Source: an uncultured Tenacibaculum sp.
Lineage (GTDB): Bacteria > Bacteroidota > Bacteroidia > Flavobacteriales > Flavobacteriaceae
Reading direction: 5' to 3'
NCBI RefSeq assembly: GCF_947504135.1
Contig: NZ_CANNGG010000006.1
Location: forward strand, 43,927-107,926
DNA: 64,000 nucleotides
Shown: one piece after another, positions 51,363 to 60,206 of the stretch
How the letters are laid out: every line of letters starts with the position of its first letter
How positions within the stretch are numbered: the stretch's first letter is position 1
The notes under the pieces: generated by a model
What the model was told of the DNA's origin: nothing
The model's input: only the letters and a program-made list of their open reading frames with translations
Database searches by the model: none
Translations under genes and position numbers: made by a program

Positions 51363-51434
51363 AAAAAACATAAAATTTGAATTTTTTTTGATTTAAAGTT
51401 TTTTTAAAACAAAAAACGTTTATATATTTGCAGT

Positions 51435-51508
51435 GTCTAGGAGACGTTCTAGACACTTTTTCTTTTTCATAGCAATTTTCCCACTCAATTTTTTGAGTGG
51501 GTTTTTTT
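51435..51508 (+). ncRNA. Candidate ~75-nt sRNA between dnaJ and rnpB
   Basis: TATATTTG box at 51423-30; hairpin AGTGTCTAG-N8-CTAGACACT; pyrimidine-rich linker; terminator CCCACTCAA-TTTT-TTGAGTGGG-T7. Confidence 0.55.
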
Positions 51509-51548
51509 ATGAATGAAGGTGTAAACTTTTATTTGACAACAATATAAT

Positions 51549-51852
51549 AGCAGACCTATCTTATCGACTTATAGAAAATATAAGTAGGAAAGTCTGGACA
51601 CCATAGAGTGGCATAGCGGATAACATCCGTCCGGTGTAAACCGAGGACAAGTGCAACAGAAAGTATGTACAGGTAATGCTGTAGTGAAACCAGGTAAACT
51701 CTATGCGGTGCAATGCCATGTACATTAGAGGTTGAGCGTTACTCGCGCGATTCTAAGGGGTAGGCAGATTGATTCTGAGAGTAATTTCAGAACTAGATAA
51801 ATGATAAGAGCCTCATTTTTTTGAGGGACAGAATCCAGCTTATGGGTCTGCT
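51549..51852 (+). ncRNA. rnpB: RNase P RNA (bacterial type A)
   Basis: P1 ends AGCAGACCTAT / ATGGGTCTGCT; GGAAAGTCTGG and ACAGAATCCAGCTTAT (P4); AGTGCAACAGAAAG; GGTAAACTC. Confidence 0.95.
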
Positions 51853-52223
51853 TTTTTCCTATTTAGAATCATTATAGTTTTTTCTATACTTTACTTAAAA
51901 CACCTAAATTGTCAAATTGATAATTAATCGACTGGTTTTTAAGTGTTTTTTTGGGATATTTTTAAAAATAGCTATTTAAATTTAAATAAATTCATTATTT
52001 ATTCTGTTTTGCTGTTTATTTTTAAAATTGAGGTTAAAATAGTACTTTTGCTAGGCAAAAAATAACAAGATATATCCGTATGTAAATTTGATATATGTGC
52101 TTACATATAACAGTTTATATACAGATAAATGAAGAAATAATAAGAGTAGTTTTTTAGTTGTATATCAACTTTAATAAACCCTAATTTTAGAGTTTCTTTC
52201 AAATATTAAATAATAAACCTTTT

Positions 52224-55001
52224 ATGAACACATACTCAGATTACCTAAAGGAGATTGAAGTAAGAAAAGGGCAAGGTCTACACCCTAAGCCAATTGACGG
52301 AAGTGAATTGTTAACTGAAATCATCTCACAAATTAAAGATGAAAATAACGAGCATCGTAAAGAGTCTCTTAATTTCTTTATTTATAATGTTTTACCAGGT
52401 ACAACAAATGCTGCAGCTGTAAAAGCAAAATTTTTAAAAGAAATTATTCTTGGTGAATCTGTAGTAGAAGAGATAACTCCATCTTTTGCTCTAGAACAAT
52501 TAGGGCATATGAAAGGAGGAGCTTCTGTAGAAGTTCTACTTGATTTAGCTTTAGGTAATGATATTGCCATCGCCGAAGAAGCTGCAAAAGTGTTAAAAAC
52601 ACAAGTTTTCTTATATGAAGCTGATACAGAACGTTTAGAAGAAGCATACAAAGCAGGTAACAAAATAGCTAAAGAGCTTATAGAAAGCTATGCACAAGCA
52701 GAGTTTTTTACAAAGCTTCCAGAAATAGAGGAAGAAATTAAAGTTGTAACATACATTGCTGGAGTAGGAGACATTTCTACAGATTTATTATCTCCAGGTG
52801 CTGATGCACACTCTAGGTCTGATCGTGAGTTACACGGACAATCAATTTTTGAGCATAATAAAGATATGCAAAAAGAATTGTTAGCATTAAAAGAACAACA
52901 TCCAGATAAACGTGTGATGTTAGTTGCTGAAAAAGGAACTATGGGAGTAGGTTCTTCTAGAATGTCAGGTGTAAACAATGTGGCTTTATGGACAGGTGTA
53001 GAATCTAGTCCGTATGTACCATTTATCAACATAGCACCAGTAATTGCAGGGACTAACGGAATTTCTCCAATTTTCTTAACTACAGTTGGGGTAACTGGAG
53101 GTATTGGTATTGATCTTAAAAACTGGGTTAAGCAAAAAGATGCTGAAGGAAATACAATTGTAGATGAAGAAGGAGAGCCAGTTTTAAAGCAAGAATATTC
53201 TGTGGAAACAGGAACTGTTCTTACAATTAACACAAAGACTAAAAAATTATATAACGGAGATAAAGAATTAAAAGATATTTCAGCAGCATTAACTCCGCAA
53301 AAAATGGAGTTTATTAAAGCTGGAGGTTCTTATGCAGTTGTTTTTGGTAAGAAATTACAAACCTTTGCAGCTAAAGTATTAGGAATTGATGTTCCTCAAG
53401 TATATGCTACTTCTAAAGAAATTTCTGTAGAAGGACAAGGATTAACTGCAGTTGAAAAAATCTTCAATAAAAACGCAGTAGGAACAACTCCAGGAAAAAC
53501 ATTACATGCAGGTTCTGATGTGCGTGTAGAAGTTAACATTGTAGGTTCTCAAGATACTACAGGGTTAATGACTTCTCAAGAGTTAGAAATGATGGCCGCT
53601 ACAGTTATTTCTCCAATAGTTGACGGAGCTTACCAATCAGGTTGTCACACGGCTTCTGTATGGGATGATAAGTCAAAAGCAAACATTCCAAGGTTAATGA
53701 AGTTTATGAACGACTTTGGTTTAATTACAGGTCGTGATCCTAAAGGACAATACCCTGCAATGACAGACGTAATTCATAAAGTATTAAATGATATTACCGT
53801 AAGTGATTGGGATATTATTATTGGAGGAGATTCACATACACGTATGTCAAAAGGTGTTGCTTTTGGTGCGGATTCTGGCACGGTAGCATTAGCTTTAGCA
53901 ACTGGTGAAGCAACTATGCCAATTCCACAATCTGTAAAAGTTACATTTAAAGGAAACATGAGAAGTTTCATGGATTTCCGTGATGTAGTGCATGCAACAC
54001 AACAACAAATGTTAAAGCAGTTTGACGGAGAAAATGTTTTCCAAGGAAGAGTAATAGAAGTACACATTGGTACTTTAACAGCGGATCAAGCCTTTACATT
54101 TACTGACTGGACTGCTGAGATGAAAGCAAAAGCTTCTATCTGTATTTCAGAAGATGAAACATTAATTGAATCATTAGAGATTGCTAGAGATCGTATCCAA
54201 ATCATGATTGATAAGGGAATGGATAATGAAAAGCAAGTATTACAAGGTTTAGTTGATAAAGCGAATACTAGAATCCAAGAGGTTAAAACAGGTATTAAAC
54301 CAGCTTTAAAACCAGATGCTGATGCTAACTATTACGCAGAAGTTGTGATTGATTTAGATGAAATCGCTGAACCAATGATAGCTGATCCTGATGTAAATAA
54401 CGAAGATGTTTCTAAACGTTATACACACGATACTATTCGTCCATTATCATTCTACGGAGGAACTAAAAAAGTAGATTTAGGTTTCGTAGGGTCTTGTATG
54501 GTGCATAAAGGAGATATGAAAATCTTAGCTCAAATGTTAAAGAACATTGAAGCACAACAAGGGAAAGTAGAATTCAATGCTCCATTAGTAGTAGCGCCAC
54601 CAACATACAACATTGTTGATGAGTTAAAGGCTGAAGGAGATTGGGAAGTATTACAAAAATACTCAGGATTTGAGTTTGACGATAATGCTCCTAAAGGATT
54701 GGCACGTACAAAGTATGAAAACATGTTGTATTTAGAGCGTCCTGGATGTAACTTATGTATGGGTAACCAAGAAAAAGCAGAACCAGGAGATACGGTAATG
54801 GCAACTTCAACACGTTTATTCCAAGGAAGAGTTGTAAAAGATTCTGGTGAGAAAAAAGGAGAATCGTTATTATCATCTACTCCAGTAGTAGTATTATCAA
54901 CTATTTTAGGAAGAACTCCTACCATGGAAGAATACGAAAAAGCTGTTGATGGAATCGTATTAACGAAATTTAAACCATCTCAAAAGCAATTAGTAATGTA
55001 A
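52224..55001 (+). CDS. acnB: Aconitate hydratase 2 / 2-methylisocitrate dehydratase
   Basis: N-terminal HEAT-like domain; GTMGVGSSRMSG, GSQDTTG, GGDSHTRM, VGSCM, PGCNLCMGNQ. Confidence 0.95.
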   Translation: MNTYSDYLKEIEVRKGQGLHPKPIDGSELLTEIISQIKDENNEHRKESLNFFIYNVLPGTTNAAAVKAKFLKEIILGESVVEEITPSFALEQLGHMKGGASVEVLLDLALGNDIAIAEEAAKVLKTQVFLYEADTERLEEAYKAGNKIAKELIESYAQAEFFTKLPEIEEEIKVVTYIAGVGDISTDLLSPGADAHSRSDRELHGQSIFEHNKDMQKELLALKEQHPDKRVMLVAEKGTMGVGSSRMSGVNNVALWTGVESSPYVPFINIAPVIAGTNGISPIFLTTVGVTGGIGIDLKNWVKQKDAEGNTIVDEEGEPVLKQEYSVETGTVLTINTKTKKLYNGDKELKDISAALTPQKMEFIKAGGSYAVVFGKKLQTFAAKVLGIDVPQVYATSKEISVEGQGLTAVEKIFNKNAVGTTPGKTLHAGSDVRVEVNIVGSQDTTGLMTSQELEMMAATVISPIVDGAYQSGCHTASVWDDKSKANIPRLMKFMNDFGLITGRDPKGQYPAMTDVIHKVLNDITVSDWDIIIGGDSHTRMSKGVAFGADSGTVALALATGEATMPIPQSVKVTFKGNMRSFMDFRDVVHATQQQMLKQFDGENVFQGRVIEVHIGTLTADQAFTFTDWTAEMKAKASICISEDETLIESLEIARDRIQIMIDKGMDNEKQVLQGLVDKANTRIQEVKTGIKPALKPDADANYYAEVVIDLDEIAEPMIADPDVNNEDVSKRYTHDTIRPLSFYGGTKKVDLGFVGSCMVHKGDMKILAQMLKNIEAQQGKVEFNAPLVVAPPTYNIVDELKAEGDWEVLQKYSGFEFDDNAPKGLARTKYENMLYLERPGCNLCMGNQEKAEPGDTVMATSTRLFQGRVVKDSGEKKGESLLSSTPVVVLSTILGRTPTMEEYEKAVDGIVLTKFKPSQKQLVM

Positions 55002-55024
55002 TCACAAACATTATTTATAAATAG

Positions 55025-55052
55025 AAGCCCGAGTTTTAACTCGGGCTTTGTT
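55025..55052 (+). terminator. Intrinsic terminator after acnB
   Basis: AAGCCCGAGTT-TT-AACTCGGGCTT. Confidence 0.8.
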
Positions 55053-55184
55053 GTTATTAATTAATTTCTGGATTAAACTCTACTATAGAAAAAACTTATG
55101 TAAACTTATTATAATTATATAGCTACTTCATCTTTTTTACTGTTTTTTTTGGTAAATTCGTACAGCAACAAAAAAATTACATAT

Positions 55185-57452
55185 ATGGCTTTTGATATTA
55201 ATATGATAAAAGAGGTATACAATAAAGTAGTTGAGCGAGTAGATGCTGCCCGTAAAATTACAGGTAAACCTTTAACATTAGCAGAGAAAATTTTATATAC
55301 ACATCTTTGGGATGGAACACCAACGAAAGCTTTCGAAAGAGGAAAGGATTATGTTGATTTTGCTCCAGACCGTATAGCTTGTCAAGATGCAACAGCGCAA
55401 ATGGCGTTATTGCAATTTATGCAAGCAGGAAAAGATAAAGTAGCAGTACCAACAACGGTGCACTGTGATCACTTAATTCAAGCTAAAGTAGGTGCTTCAA
55501 CAGATTTGCAAACTGCGTTAAATAATTCAAATGAAGTCTTTAATTTCTTAGAATCGGTTTCTAATAAATATGGAATTGGCTTCTGGAAACCAGGAGCAGG
55601 TATTATTCATCAAGTAGTATTAGAAAACTATGCATTTCCTGGAGGAATGATGATTGGTACAGATTCTCACACGGTGAATGCAGGAGGATTAGGAATGGTA
55701 GCCATTGGTGTAGGTGGTGCTGATGCAGTAGATGTAATGGCTGGTATGCCATGGGAGTTAAAATTTCCTAAGTTAATAGGTGTAAAATTAACAGGTAAAT
55801 TATCTGGTTGGACAGCACCTAAAGACGTGATTTTAAAAGTAGCAGAAATTCTAACTGTAAAAGGAGGAACAGGTGCAATAGTTGAATATTTCGGACCAGG
55901 AGCAATGGCAATGTCATGTACAGGTAAAGGAACTATTTGTAATATGGGAGCAGAGATTGGAGCTACAACTTCTACTTTTGGTTACGATGAATCTATGGAG
56001 CGTTATTTACGTGCTACGGATAGAAATGATGTAGCTGATGCAGCAAATGAGATTAAAGAATATTTAACGGCAGACCCTGAAGTATACGCAAATCCTGAGC
56101 AATATTTTGATCAAGTAATAGAAATTAATTTATCAGAATTAGGCCCATTATTAAACGGACCTTTCACTCCAGATTTATCTACTCCTGTAGGAAAAGAAAT
56201 GACAGAGAAGGCTCAAGCAAATGATTGGCCATTACAAGTTGAATGGGGACTAATAGGTTCCTGTACAAACTCTTCTTATGAAGATTTATCACGTGCCGCT
56301 TCTATTGCACAACAAGCTATAGATAAAGGACTGAAAACGAAGGCAGAATTTGGTATTAACCCAGGGTCGGAGCAAGTACGTTATACGGCGGAAAGAGATG
56401 GAATCTTGCAAGTTTTTGAAAACTTAGATGCTAAAATATTTACTAACGCGTGTGGACCGTGTATTGGTCAGTGGGGACGTTATGAAGATCCAAAGAATGC
56501 ACCTAAAAATAGTATTGTTCACTCTTTCAATCGAAACTTCGCTAAACGTGCTGATGGAAATCCAAATACACATGCTTTTGTTGCTTCTCCAGAATTAACA
56601 GCAGCTATTGCCATCGCAGGACGCTTAGATTTTAATCCGTTGAAAGATAAACTAATCAATGAGAATGGAGAAGAGGTGATGTTAGATGAACCAACAGGTT
56701 GGGAATTACCTCCAAAAGGATTTGAAGTAGATGATAATGGATATTTAGCACCAGAAGCAGATGGAAGTAACATAGAAGTGGTTGTAGATCCAAATTCAGA
56801 GCGTCTGGAGTTATTAACTCCGTTTGAACCATTGGGAGATACTATCAAAGATGCTAAATTGTTAATCAAAGCGCATGGTAAGTGTACAACAGATCATATA
56901 TCTATGGCGGGACCTTGGTTACGTTATCGTGGACACTTAGATAATATTTCTAACAACATGTTAATTGGAGCTGTAAATGCTTTTAACATGAAGACAAACT
57001 TCGTGAAAAATCAGTTAACAGGAGAGTATGATGCGGTACCTAAAGTACAACGTGAGTACAAAGCAAAAGGAATTAAAACAGTCGTAGTTGGAGATCATAA
57101 CTATGGTGAGGGGTCTTCTCGTGAGCATGCTGCTATGGAGCCTCGTCATTTAGGGGTGGCAGCTGTGTTAGTTAAATCATTTGCACGTATTCATGAAACG
57201 AACTTGAAAAAACAAGGGATGTTAGGCTTAACATTTGATAACGAAGCAGATTACGATTTAATTCAAGAAGATGACACGTTTAACTTTATAGATTTACATG
57301 AGTTTGCGCCAAATAAACCATTAACTATTGAAGTTGTTCATGCTGATGGTTCAAAAGATAGAATTATTGCTAATCATACCTATAACGAAGGACAAATAGA
57401 ATGGTATAAAGAAGGTTCTGCTCTAAATTTAATTAAGAAACAGAACGCTTAA
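55185..57452 (+). CDS. Aconitate hydratase (mitochondrial-type/AcnA clade)
   Basis: [55 protein letters not shown]; ATG at 55185 preferred. Confidence 0.94.
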   Translation: MAFDINMIKEVYNKVVERVDAARKITGKPLTLAEKILYTHLWDGTPTKAFERGKDYVDFAPDRIACQDATAQMALLQFMQAGKDKVAVPTTVHCDHLIQAKVGASTDLQTALNNSNEVFNFLESVSNKYGIGFWKPGAGIIHQVVLENYAFPGGMMIGTDSHTVNAGGLGMVAIGVGGADAVDVMAGMPWELKFPKLIGVKLTGKLSGWTAPKDVILKVAEILTVKGGTGAIVEYFGPGAMAMSCTGKGTICNMGAEIGATTSTFGYDESMERYLRATDRNDVADAANEIKEYLTADPEVYANPEQYFDQVIEINLSELGPLLNGPFTPDLSTPVGKEMTEKAQANDWPLQVEWGLIGSCTNSSYEDLSRAASIAQQAIDKGLKTKAEFGINPGSEQVRYTAERDGILQVFENLDAKIFTNACGPCIGQWGRYEDPKNAPKNSIVHSFNRNFAKRADGNPNTHAFVASPELTAAIAIAGRLDFNPLKDKLINENGEEVMLDEPTGWELPPKGFEVDDNGYLAPEADGSNIEVVVDPNSERLELLTPFEPLGDTIKDAKLLIKAHGKCTTDHISMAGPWLRYRGHLDNISNNMLIGAVNAFNMKTNFVKNQLTGEYDAVPKVQREYKAKGIKTVVVGDHNYGEGSSREHAAMEPRHLGVAAVLVKSFARIHETNLKKQGMLGLTFDNEADYDLIQEDDTFNFIDLHEFAPNKPLTIEVVHADGSKDRIIANHTYNEGQIEWYKEGSALNLIKKQNA

Positions 57453-57473
57453 TATATAAACTAGTTTATTTAT

Positions 57474-57501
57474 AAAAAGTGCAGTAATTACTGCACTTTT
57501 T
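57474..57501. terminator. Intrinsic terminator
   Basis: AAAAAGTGCAGTAA-TTACTGCACTTTTT. Confidence 0.85.
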
Positions 57502-57513
57502 TAATATTTAATT

Positions 57514-58224
57514 ATGACAGACTTTTTAGGTAATATTTCTCAAAAACCATTGTATGTAATTGATGCAAGTATACCTTTTAGTGAGTACATCCCAATTTCA
57601 ATAGCTGCATCTAACGAGGAGTTAACTTTTGATGTTTCTTCATCAAAAGAATGGGAGGCTTATTTGGAAGATTATTTTTCAAAACATAAAAAAACAGTTG
57701 CTTTTGGGGGATATTTAGAGCAAAGAGATATTTATAGTAGAAGTGAACATTTCAATAAATTATCAGAAGAAAATCAACGAAATATTCATCTGGGAATTGA
57801 TTTGTGGTGTGATGCAGGTACTGAAGTATTAGCTGTGCTAGATGGAGAAATCCATAGTTTTAAAAACAATACAAACTATGGAGATTACGGTCCAACAATT
57901 ATTCTTAAGCATTCAATAGAAGGAAATGAATTTTATTCATTGTATGGTCATTTATCCTTAGAATCTTTAGAAGACATATCAGTTGGTAAAAAAGTTAAAC
58001 AAGGAGATAAAATTGGAACTTTAGGAGATAGTTCTGTAAATGGAGATTATGCTCCGCATTTACACTTTCAGTTAATAATAGATATTGAAGATTATTATGG
58101 AGATTATCCAGGAGTGTCTTCAAAAAAGACGTTGGATTTTTACAAGCAAAATTGCCCTAATCCTAATTTATTATTAAAATTGCCCCATGAAACCCTCATA
58201 GATGGATTAAGCAAAACAATATAA
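57514..58224 (+). CDS. M23 family peptidase-domain protein, no signal peptide
   Basis: HLGIDL, YSLYGHL, PHLHFQ zinc motifs. Confidence 0.85.
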   Translation: MTDFLGNISQKPLYVIDASIPFSEYIPISIAASNEELTFDVSSSKEWEAYLEDYFSKHKKTVAFGGYLEQRDIYSRSEHFNKLSEENQRNIHLGIDLWCDAGTEVLAVLDGEIHSFKNNTNYGDYGPTIILKHSIEGNEFYSLYGHLSLESLEDISVGKKVKQGDKIGTLGDSSVNGDYAPHLHFQLIIDIEDYYGDYPGVSSKKTLDFYKQNCPNPNLLLKLPHETLIDGLSKTI

Positions 58225-58285
58225 TCGCCCTAAGTAAAGAGAATGAATAAAAGTTAGGGTCAGTTAATTATTAAAATTTGAATTT

Positions 58286-58759
58286 TTGAAATATAGACAA
58301 CTTACAAAGGAGCAGTTTGAAGGACTACACGAAGAGTTCGCACGTTTTTTAGCATCACAAAACATTGATAAAAAAGAATGGGATGAATTAAAAAAAGAGA
58401 AACCACATGTGGCAGAAGATGAAATGAATGTATTTAGCGATGTTGTTTGGGATGATGTATTAACCAAAACAGAGTACTTAGAACATTTCTCTCCAGATTT
58501 AGTAAACCTATTTAAATGCGAAGAAAATGAAATGCATCGCATTGTGATAAAAATTGATAAAGAGATTAATGTTTTAGAGCAAGAAGGATTTGAATGGCTA
58601 TTAAAAAATCCAAATGATGAAGCAATTGAGTTTTTAAGAGGCTCAAAAGCATATCAAGAAGAAAGAAATGTTGAAATTTTTGACTTAATTGAGAAAGGAA
58701 GTACTATTTCTAAAGGAGAACTGTACGAGTATTTTGATCGCTTAACATCAAACTCATAA
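58286..58759 (+). CDS. DUF6495 family protein
   Basis: MKYRQLTKEQFEGLHEEFARFLASQ, FSDVVWDDVL. Confidence 0.8.
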   Translation: MKYRQLTKEQFEGLHEEFARFLASQNIDKKEWDELKKEKPHVAEDEMNVFSDVVWDDVLTKTEYLEHFSPDLVNLFKCEENEMHRIVIKIDKEINVLEQEGFEWLLKNPNDEAIEFLRGSKAYQEERNVEIFDLIEKGSTISKGELYEYFDRLTSNS

Positions 58760-59446
58760 AGCCTTATTAAGTATTGTAATTAACTTATCAGTACCAGAAC
58801 TAGCAACGTCTTCAATAATAGTTAAGTTATTGAAGACGTTTTTATTTACAGCAGGTTTAGGATCTATAAAATAAATTGGTGTGTTATGCTGTACATAGTT
58901 AACCAAACTAGCAGCAGGATATACTTGCATAGAAGTCCCTATAATTACTAAAATATCAGCTTGTAAAGTAATTTCAGCAGCTTTTTCCAATAATGGAACA
59001 TCTTCACCAAACCAAACAATATGTGGGCGTAATTGAGCTTTTTCTTCACAAACATCTCCTAAAGCAATATCCTTTTTCCAAGGATATACTAAGTTTTCAT
59101 TTTGGGTACTACGTACTTTTAATAGTTCACCGTGTAAGTGAATCACATTAGAACTACCTGCCCGTTCGTGTAAATCATCTACGTTTTGCGTAATAATATC
59201 AACTTCAAAATTATTTTCTAAAGAAACTAGATTATGATGTGCTTTATTAGGAGAAACTTCTAAAAGTTGCCTTCTACGCTGGTTATAAAAATCTAACACT
59301 AACTCAGGGTTAGCACGAAACCCTTCAGGTGAAGCCACCTCATAAATATCATGTCCTTCCCACAAACCATCAGCATCCCTAAAAGTTTTAATACCGCTTT
59401 CGGCACTAATTCCTGCCCCTGTTAATACAACCAATCGTTTTTTCAT
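58754..59446 (-). CDS. NAD-dependent deacylase (sirtuin, CobB-type)
   Basis: TGAGISAESGIKTFR, TQNVDDLHERAG, HLHGEL, RPHIVWFGE, IGTS. Confidence 0.94.
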   Translation of the reverse strand: MKKRLVVLTGAGISAESGIKTFRDADGLWEGHDIYEVASPEGFRANPELVLDFYNQRRRQLLEVSPNKAHHNLVSLENNFEVDIITQNVDDLHERAGSSNVIHLHGELLKVRSTQNENLVYPWKKDIALGDVCEEKAQLRPHIVWFGEDVPLLEKAAEITLQADILVIIGTSMQVYPAASLVNYVQHNTPIYFIDPKPAVNKNVFNNLTIIEDVASSGTDKLITILNKAL

Positions 59447-59534
59447 AAATATAAATTTTGTTGCAAGTTTAAGAAAATAAATACTGGGCTATCGCTCTGC
59501 GCTTAAAAATAGGAAAAATTACTATGTTTGTTGT

Positions 59535-60206
59535 ATGATTGATGAAGGATTATTAGCCTATTTAGAAGGCTACATTACTGAGAAAAGAAAAGAAACCTTT
59601 TATAAGGTTTTAAATGAACGCACACGTCATTTCACGGTAGTGTTAGAAGATATTTACCAACCACACAATGCCAGCGCTGTGGTGAGAAGTTGCGATATTT
59701 TTGGAGTACAAGATGTGTATGCAATTGAAAATAAGTTTACGAACAAGGTTTCAAGACATGTAGCAAAAGGAAGCCAGAAATGGTTAGACATCCACCGATA
59801 TAAAGAAGATGGAGATAATACCAAAGCTTGTTTAGAAGATTTACGAGCAAAAGGATACCAAATTATTGGTACTACTCCACATACTGATTCTTGTATTTTA
59901 CCTGATTTTGATGTGACAAAAAAGGCGGCATTTGTTTTTGGAGCTGAAAAAGATGGGATTTCAGATTATATCAAACAAGAAGCGGATGGGTTTTTAAAAA
60001 TACCAATGGTAGGTTTTACCGAGAGTTTAAACATATCAGTAGCAGCAGCTATTATTTTACAAGATGTAACTACACGTTTGAAAAGAACAGATATGCATTG
60101 GAAACTTTCAGAAGAAGAAAAGAAAGTATTGTACTTTAAATGGATAAAAAATACGATTAAAAATCCTGATAAATTAATAGAATACTACTATAAAGAACTT
60201 ACTTAG
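59535..60206 (+). CDS. TrmH family (SpoU) tRNA 2'-O-methyltransferase
   Basis: PHNASAVVRSCD, FVFGAE, IPMVGFTESLNISVA. Confidence 0.93.
   Translation: MIDEGLLAYLEGYITEKRKETFYKVLNERTRHFTVVLEDIYQPHNASAVVRSCDIFGVQDVYAIENKFTNKVSRHVAKGSQKWLDIHRYKEDGDNTKACLEDLRAKGYQIIGTTPHTDSCILPDFDVTKKAAFVFGAEKDGISDYIKQEADGFLKIPMVGFTESLNISVAAAIILQDVTTRLKRTDMHWKLSEEEKKVLYFKWIKNTIKNPDKLIEYYYKELT

Noticed and set aside
51419-51470. Antisense 16-aa ORF MKKKKCLERLLDTANI
   Set aside because: It lacks a clear minus-strand promoter, and the promoter, hairpin and terminator all point to a plus-strand RNA. Kept only as an alternative explanation.
51853-52223. 370-bp intergenic region before acnB as a riboswitch or ncRNA
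   Set aside because: It is very AT-rich with no GC-supported stems or recognisable aptamer; promoters explain it.
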